DNA of 64,000 nt from an uncultured Pseudomonadales bacterium (GTDB lineage Bacteria > Pseudomonadota > Gammaproteobacteria > Pseudomonadales > UBA7434): NCBI GenBank assembly GCA_905478995.1, contig CAJQKT010000023.1:44961-108960 (forward strand), given 5' to 3'. The notes below the pieces were generated by a model that saw nothing but the letters and a program-made list of their open reading frames with translations, was not told where the DNA came from and searched no databases. A program made the position numbers and the translations under genes. Positions 58,803 to 64,000 of the stretch are shown piece by piece (the stretch's first letter is position 1; each line of letters opens with the position of its first letter).

Positions 58803-60737
58803 CTACCCACAAAGTGCCGCTAGGGCTTCAGAGCTGTTTTCTTGACCTTGCATTTTTGCAAGCTCCCACGGGCGCACGCATTGCGCTAGTTTTTTGCACC
58901 ATTGATAGCCGGCCGAACCCATACACCCATGCACATCTTGATCTGAGCCTACTACCGCCGGCGCATCATTGGGGGCTTTGAGTTTAAAGACGGTTTGGCC
59001 ATTATTAATGGTTTCTAGTATTTTTATATCAGCAATAGTTAGCGGATCTACTGTAAGCGGGTTGGCCGATAAGATAACCAAGTCGGCTTGCTTTCCCACT
59101 TCAATCGAGCCCTTCTGATTTTCTTCAAAGTGCTGATAAGCAGGCCAAATCGTAATGGCCTTTAAACCCTCATAAGGTGTCACTCTTTGGTCGGGCCCAA
59201 GCACTTCACCGGTGCGGGTGACTCGCGTGACGGTAGCCGACAAAACACGCATAGAATCGGGGAGTGCAACGGGTGCATCGTGGTGTGAAGTGAAAATTAA
59301 GCCGGCATCCAGTACATCGCGTGTGGGTGAGATATAGGCGGCTCTTTCAGGGCCTAGCACTGACGTCTTATGCCATTCGCCCCAGTAAAAGGTATGCATA
59401 GGAAACAACGAAGGAATAATATTCAGCGCTTTTAACTGGGCAATTTGATCTTTACGCAACGTTTGGCCGTGAATCAACACGACCCTGCGATCGCCAGTAC
59501 CGTATTGTTGACTGGCTTTGGCGATGGCTTTTATATAGAGGTCAATGGCCGCATCACCGTTACAGTGCGCAAGAATTTGCCGGTTGTTTTTAAAGGCATC
59601 CATAATTTCGGCGTCTACCTGCTCAACGCTCATGGCGGGATAACCCGCATAGTCGTTTGATTCGCCCTCGGGAGGCACATGATAAGGCTGCGTCAGCCAA
59701 GCGGTTTTACCCTGCGGTGAGCCATCTAGGGTTAATTTAAGCCCAGCTATGCGCAAACCGTTGTTATAGCCAATGCCTTGGTAACCATTGCCTGTGTAGT
59801 AGGGCGAATCGGGGAGTTTGTTTTTAGCGGTGTAGTCAACATATAACGCAACGTCTATCGGTAGCGGGCCAAGGCTTGCTCGAGCCGCGGCAACCATTAC
59901 CGTTGAGTCGAATGCTCTACCTTCTTGCGCAGTTGTGTAACCAAAACGAGCAAAACTTTGCATGCCCTGATTAAAAAGTTCAATGTTGTAGTCATCGTCA
60001 ATACCCGATTGAAAAGAACCTAGCGCAGCAAAAAATGCATTTTCTTCTAGTACTCCATTGGGCGTCTTTCCATCGGGCTGGCAGCGAATTTTTCCGCCAG
60101 GAATTATTTTTTGGCAATCGTCTATGCCCGCTATGGCGAGCGCTTTTTTGTTAAATACGCCAAAGTGAGCAGACTGATGAATAATCAATACGGGCCTCTC
60201 GGTGCTCACGCTATCTAATTCATCCGCGGTCGGAAATACCTGCTCGCTTAGTTGCGAATCATCAAAGCCAAAGCCCAATATCCAGCCCGTATTGGCAATG
60301 AATTTTTTGCCTGTGTCGCTGGTTTGCCATGCTTTAAGTGTATCGAGCAGTTCAGCAAAGCTATTGACTGGGCCGTCGGGCAGTGGCAATAGGTTGGCGC
60401 TGGCTGCCTGTATACCGGCACTAACAACATGGCCATGTGCATCAACAAAACCCGGCACCATGGTGCGATTGTCAAGGTCTACCTGTTCGGTAGCAGGGCC
60501 TACAAAGCGCTTCGCACCAATGTCATCACCCACGTAAATGATCTTTCCGTTTTTAATGGCTACGGCTTGCGCTGAAGGTTGGTCGTCATTGACGGTGATG
60601 ATTGTACCGTTTAAGTAAACCGTATCTGCGGTGGCAGCGTTTGTAGACGGCGCTTGGGATACGGGCGGTGACTTACTTTTGTCGGTACAGCCCATGGTTA
60701 GCAGTAACGTGCACAGTGTTAAGAGGATGAGTTTCAT
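58803..60737 (-). CDS. Amidohydrolase-family (YtcJ/Amidohydro_3-like) lipoprotein with extra Cys-containing C-terminal module
   Basis: Lipobox LLLTMGC; metal-binding motif PGFVDAHGHV; later HCNGD and HHDAP blocks. The 47-aa tail DQDVHGCMGSAGYQWCKKLAQCVRPWELAKMQGQENSSEALAALCG contains 4 Cys. Confidence 0.85.
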   Translation of the reverse strand: MKLILLTLCTLLLTMGCTDKSKSPPVSQAPSTNAATADTVYLNGTIITVNDDQPSAQAVAIKNGKIIYVGDDIGAKRFVGPATEQVDLDNRTMVPGFVDAHGHVVSAGIQAASANLLPLPDGPVNSFAELLDTLKAWQTSDTGKKFIANTGWILGFGFDDSQLSEQVFPTADELDSVSTERPVLIIHQSAHFGVFNKKALAIAGIDDCQKIIPGGKIRCQPDGKTPNGVLEENAFFAALGSFQSGIDDDYNIELFNQGMQSFARFGYTTAQEGRAFDSTVMVAAARASLGPLPIDVALYVDYTAKNKLPDSPYYTGNGYQGIGYNNGLRIAGLKLTLDGSPQGKTAWLTQPYHVPPEGESNDYAGYPAMSVEQVDAEIMDAFKNNRQILAHCNGDAAIDLYIKAIAKASQQYGTGDRRVVLIHGQTLRKDQIAQLKALNIIPSLFPMHTFYWGEWHKTSVLGPERAAYISPTRDVLDAGLIFTSHHDAPVALPDSMRVLSATVTRVTRTGEVLGPDQRVTPYEGLKAITIWPAYQHFEENQKGSIEVGKQADLVILSANPLTVDPLTIADIKILETINNGQTVFKLKAPNDAPAVVGSDQDVHGCMGSAGYQWCKKLAQCVRPWELAKMQGQENSSEALAALCG

Positions 60738-60752
60738 AAGCTGCCCTTACTT

Positions 60753-60782
60753 TTATAGGGTTAACGTTTATAGGGTTAACGT
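60753..60782. repeat. Perfect tandem duplication of a 15-mer (TTATAGGGTTAACGT x2) in the amidohydrolase 5' region
   Basis: Read directly at 60753-60767 and 60768-60782, 16-45 nt upstream of the start codon at 60737. Each unit contains the GTTAAC palindrome. Confidence 0.9.
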
Positions 60783-60970
60783 ATTCAATCGGTAAGCGCC
60801 GATCTTTTGCTTGATGACGGTGCTCGTGCTCATGGCAGACACAACTGATTAAAGGTCATTAATGCTCTAGTTTATTTTTCAACTGCTGGGCGTGCACTTT
60901 GGTCGTTTCATCATATCTTGCCATCCCTCACACGGCGATCTTGAGCGCGAGGGAGTGGCGTGTGCTGTTT

Positions 60971-61300
60971 TTAATGAACCACTGTTTTTGAGAAAACATT
61001 AATCACCAACACACCGGTTAAAATTAAGCCCATGCCAATGATCGCCGGTAAGTCGGGTATCTGTTGATAAACCACTGCGCTGATGGAGGCAATTAAAACA
61101 ATGCCCATGCCTGCCCAAATAGCATAAGCGATGCCTACGGGAATAGTTTTAAGAACCAAAGACAGAAAATAAAAGGCTGCGGCATAACCCACTACACAAA
61201 TAACGCTTGATGTCGCATGAGAAAAACCGTCAGAGGCTTTGAGTGCGAGTGTTGCTAACACTTCAGCGCCAATTGCTATTGTTAAGTACCAGTAACCCAT
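60971..61300 (-). CDS. SMR-family small multidrug resistance transporter (EmrE/Qac-like)
   Basis: 109 aa, 4 TM helices, with the conserved membrane-embedded Glu in MGYWYLTIAIGAEVLATLALK. Confidence 0.88.
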   Translation of the reverse strand: MGYWYLTIAIGAEVLATLALKASDGFSHATSSVICVVGYAAAFYFLSLVLKTIPVGIAYAIWAGMGIVLIASISAVVYQQIPDLPAIIGMGLILTGVLVINVFSKTVVH

Positions 61301-61523
61301 ATTTACACCTTTGATTAAAAATTATCACCCGTACTGCGGTGGGCGGTTCTTAGTTGATTCTATCTTATGGCGGAAGGCACGCTCAAGCAATTGGCTCGGA
61401 CTCCGGGTCTGCTGCCAATGGTTATTGCCTTTTTGCTTATAAAAAATCTAGATAGCGGTACTGCCAAGGGCGGGGTGCTAGGGTGTGGTTTTTTTTGCGC
61501 TGCTCTCAAGCTCAGCTATACGC

Positions 61524-61958
61524 TTATTCATTTGGTAAGGTGTTTTTCAGGCGCCGAGATTGCCACATAAACCATACGCTGAGTAGCATCGTGGTCATAA
61601 GCACGAGCGCAACTGTTTCGGGTAGGTAGGCGCTGTTTGCATTTCCGCTAGCGTTTGGCAAAGTTGAGCGGCCGAGCTGGCTCCAAGCTCTTGCGGCGCT
61701 ATTAAAATTATAGATGGTAACAATAGTGAGCGTTTGTATGACCAAGTAAAGGCTGTTGGCTAATGAAAATTGCGTTTTACTGAGTTGTCCGCCAACCATG
61801 TAGGCCGCAACAAGGTAGGCACTGAGAAGCGCAATAAAAATAGAGATATAAGCCGCTGAGGTTGAGTAGCTACTTTGGGCGAGGTCAAGCAGTTCGTAGG
61901 GCGTCATTGCTTCTTCCGTATTTCCGACAATAAAAATGATAGGTGTCACAACAATCAT
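61524..61958 (-). CDS. Hypothetical membrane protein (start possibly ATG 61907)
   Basis: ORF with three hydrophobic segments (AYISIFIALLSAYLVAAYMV, LYLVIQTLTIVTIY, VALVLMTTMLLSVWFMW). I recognise no family. Confidence 0.5.
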   Translation of the reverse strand: MIVVTPIIFIVGNTEEAMTPYELLDLAQSSYSTSAAYISIFIALLSAYLVAAYMVGGQLSKTQFSLANSLYLVIQTLTIVTIYNFNSAARAWSQLGRSTLPNASGNANSAYLPETVALVLMTTMLLSVWFMWQSRRLKNTLPNE

Positions 61959-62047
61959 TTATTTGAAGTGTCATGTCGGCACTGTTTCTATGTGCTGTGT
62001 CTGCGTGCTGTGCTGGTATGCATTGTGCGACTGGGCAACGGCGGCTG

Positions 62048-63205
62048 TTACAGAGCGGTTTCTAAAATGACTCGACTGATTTCAGGAGTCACTTCGCGCT
62101 GTTCGCCTAGCGCAACCAAGCCATGCTGTTGCAACTTTTCTACAATCGTATCGATATGCGATGCGTCTAGATCTATGTCGCTAAGTCGCGTGGGTAAGTT
62201 CATTTGTTTAAAGAAACGTTCGGTCAATTCAATGGCCGTGTCAATGCGTTGATCTTCTGTGCCATCAACCACATGCCAAACTCGCTCGGCATACTGCAAT
62301 AATTTATCTTGTTTGGCTTCACGGCGAACTTTCATCACAGCGGGTAGAGTAATCGACAGCGTTCTAGCATGATCAATATTGTATAAACCGGTGAGTTCAT
62401 GGCCAATCATATGGGCGGTCCAGTCTTGTGGAACGCCTGCACCGATTAAGCCATTAAGGGCCAAAGTAGCTGACCACATTGCGTTAGCTCGCACCTCTAA
62501 GTCATCTTTGGTAGCGTTATCTAACGCCTTGGGGCCTTCTTCAATCAGCGTTAATAACAGGCCCTCAGAAAACCTATCTTGTACTTTGCCGTTAACATTG
62601 TAGGTGAGGTATTGCTCCATTACGTGGACAAACGCATCAACAATGCCGTTACCAATTTGACGATCCGACAGGCTTAGAGTGACTTGAGGATCAAGCACTG
62701 CGAATTGGGGGCGTAATAATTTATTGCCGAACGGTAATTTGTTGCCGTGACGAGTGACTACGCCGTTACTGTTAGATTCAGAACCCGTGGCAGGTAATGT
62801 GAGTACCACACCTATCGGCAGCGCACTGGCTATTCGGGCTCGCTTGGCAATAATGTCCCACGGTTCGGCGCCGTCAAACTCAGCCGCAGCAGCAATAAAT
62901 TTAGCGCCATCAACCACCGAGCCGCCACCCACAGCGAGCAAATAATCTACGTTGTTGTCGGCAATCACTGGTAGTGACTTGATGACAGTATCGTAACTTG
63001 GGTTGGGCTCTATGCCCGAAAACTCATACCATTGCCGTGTGCCTAAGGCCTCAACGACTTGATCAAAAATGCCGTTTTTTTTAATCGAGCCGCCGCCATA
63101 AATGATTAGTACATTGGCATCTTTAGGGATTTCTTTATTGAGTTTGGCAATCTGCCCCGTACCAAAATGAATACTGGTTGGGTTGTGAAAACTAAAGTTC
63201 AACAT
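62048..63205 (-). CDS. yqhD: NADPH-dependent iron-containing (group III) alcohol/aldehyde reductase, YqhD-like
   Basis: It aligns by eye along its whole length with E. coli YqhD as I recall it (MLNFSFHNPTSIHFG..., LLAVGGGSVVDGAKFIAAAA, LPATGSESN, DAFVHVMEQY, GAGVPQDWTAHMIGHELT). Confidence 0.9.
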   Translation of the reverse strand: MLNFSFHNPTSIHFGTGQIAKLNKEIPKDANVLIIYGGGSIKKNGIFDQVVEALGTRQWYEFSGIEPNPSYDTVIKSLPVIADNNVDYLLAVGGGSVVDGAKFIAAAAEFDGAEPWDIIAKRARIASALPIGVVLTLPATGSESNSNGVVTRHGNKLPFGNKLLRPQFAVLDPQVTLSLSDRQIGNGIVDAFVHVMEQYLTYNVNGKVQDRFSEGLLLTLIEEGPKALDNATKDDLEVRANAMWSATLALNGLIGAGVPQDWTAHMIGHELTGLYNIDHARTLSITLPAVMKVRREAKQDKLLQYAERVWHVVDGTEDQRIDTAIELTERFFKQMNLPTRLSDIDLDASHIDTIVEKLQQHGLVALGEQREVTPEISRVILETAL

Positions 63206-63454
63206 AACAAATCCTATTTAACGGCGGGTGTTGTGACCACGGCATAAGCATTATGCATGATTAAGGTTAGAACATTAAAATCTAATACTAGAGTGCAACG
63301 CCACGTTGTAAGCGTAATTAATGACCTGACCGGCCTAAGCATTTCGTGGCGTTTAAAGTCGACTAGATAACGGTCTATTTCTTGCCAATTATGCCGTATT
63401 GGGCTTAGCAAATAAATCTTTTTAAAAAAGACGCTCAATGCAAACAATGGCTCA

Positions 63455-63802
63455 TTAGCTTGCAATGATCATGGTTATTTTGCCTGCAATGAAAAGCAAA
63501 AAAATTCCTACAGCCCAAAAAAGCCCGGTGAGGACTTTAAATGGCGCCAAGCCCGTCGCGTGAGATTTAAAAACCGCTAAGTTCCGGCCTCGCCAGATAA
63601 AAATGGCTGAGTGCTGTAATGCACATAGGCCGTTAAGCATACTTAGTAAGCCGGAAAGGGCAGGGATTATTACCACGCCGGTTAGCATCACCCGAGCCGA
63701 CGGTTCAGGGCTTAGCAAGCCGTACGCTACACAAAATCCGCCGGTGCTAAGGGTGGCAGCAAGCAGCCTTAAAATGAGTTTATGGTATTGCTCTAGGCTC
63801 AT
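63455..63802 (-). CDS. Hypothetical small membrane protein (115 aa)
   Basis: I set the start at ATG 63802 (MSLEQYHKL...) because another minus-strand reading frame, open from the window edge, terminates at 63861. Three to four hydrophobic helices. Confidence 0.5.
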   Translation of the reverse strand: MSLEQYHKLILRLLAATLSTGGFCVAYGLLSPEPSARVMLTGVVIIPALSGLLSMLNGLCALQHSAIFIWRGRNLAVFKSHATGLAPFKVLTGLFWAVGIFLLFIAGKITMIIAS

Positions 63803-63860
63803 GCTGTGTTTCGCACTGCAGATGATTTTGTTGCATGCCACCGCATAATATAGCGTTGGT

Positions 63861-64000
63861 TCAGCAACGTTTGGTATCAAGCCAATGAGCCGTGGCGGCA
63901 AAGGCAAAATACATGACAAGCGCTGAAATTGCTAAAGACGCCTCACTCTCGCTGGTGGCTGGACCAAATATATTAACGGCGTTAATTAAAAGTAGAACAA
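63861..64000 (-). CDS. 3' end of a membrane-protein gene that continues beyond the window
   Basis: My translation of the reverse strand from the window edge: ...VLLLINAVNIFGPATSESEASLAISALVMYFAFAATAHWLDTKRC*, with TGA at 63861-63863. It is not in the ORF track because no start is visible. Confidence 0.3.
   Translation of the reverse strand, partial: VLLLINAVNIFGPATSESEASLAISALVMYFAFAATAHWLDTKRC

Noticed and set aside
58432-58845. 137-aa plus-strand ORF in the amidohydrolase/His-rich intergenic region as a hidden gene
   Set aside because: It has a TTG start without an SD, an odd composition and no recognisable motif, and its 3' end overlaps the amidohydrolase coding sequence antisense. It is probably spurious, and the region is better treated as non-coding.
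60753-60782. The tandem 15-mers, the 8-mers at 55285-55307 and the CCTA array considered as CRISPR-like arrays
   Set aside because: The repeats are directly adjacent with no spacers, far shorter than CRISPR repeats, and no cas genes are present. They are simple tandem repeats.
61301-61523. Possible guanidine (ykkC-type) riboswitch upstream of the SMR transporter, prompted by a CTAGGGT string
   Set aside because: The CTAGGGT string is on the plus strand, which is the wrong strand for the minus-strand SMR gene. On the correct strand I could find neither ACGR-loop hairpin pairs (mini-ykkC) nor the ykkC core. The transporter also looks EmrE/Qac-like rather than Gdx-like.
53000-64000. The accessory region as a genomic island, prophage or defence island
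   Set aside because: There is no integrase, transposase, phage gene, tRNA target, flanking direct repeats, or any nuclease/ATPase/NTPase typical of defence systems. Only the compositional dip at 55.4-57.8 kb supports horizontal origin, and that is reported separately as a finding.

Overview
The window is a 64-kb chromosomal segment of a Gammaproteobacterium. Gene order resembles Pseudomonadales/Cellvibrionales-type marine genomes. All family assignments come from reading the translations and from memory, since no searches were run.

Roughly 6.5-44.4 kb is conserved housekeeping synteny:
- Minus strand: mgtE, yjgA, then the rpoN cluster (yrbG-kdsD-kdsC-lptC-lptA-lptB-rpoN-hpf-ptsN-rapZ-ptsO).
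- Plus strand: an orphan mlaC, then ibaG-murA-hisGDC.
- Minus strand: a GGDEF protein and an SDR/HAD/ubiG/mtaD block.
- Plus strand: gyrA-serC-pheA-aminotransferase-tyrA-aroA-cmk-rpsA-ihfB-lapA-lapB.

The less ordinary parts are these:
1. 3.9-6.3 kb holds a perfect (CCTA)14 microsatellite abutting a mosaic HExxH surface protein.
2. 44.5-47.3 kb holds a lamin-tail-domain protein with a C8 homopolymer tract in its 5' coding region, next to comEA and a DHH phosphoesterase.
3. 53-64 kb is an accessory stretch rich in secreted hydrolases. It contains a visibly AT-rich islet (about 55.4-57.8 kb), a tandemly duplicated His/Cys-rich 113-aa protein, a 24-nt perfect palindrome and a 2x15-nt tandem repeat.

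Three secreted proteins share a PEP-CTERM/VPLPA-CTERM-like C-terminal tail, but no exosortase is present in the window. I found no rRNA, tRNA, CRISPR array, integrase, transposase or recognisable defence system. None of the candidate novel features is proven; they are ranked honestly in the findings.
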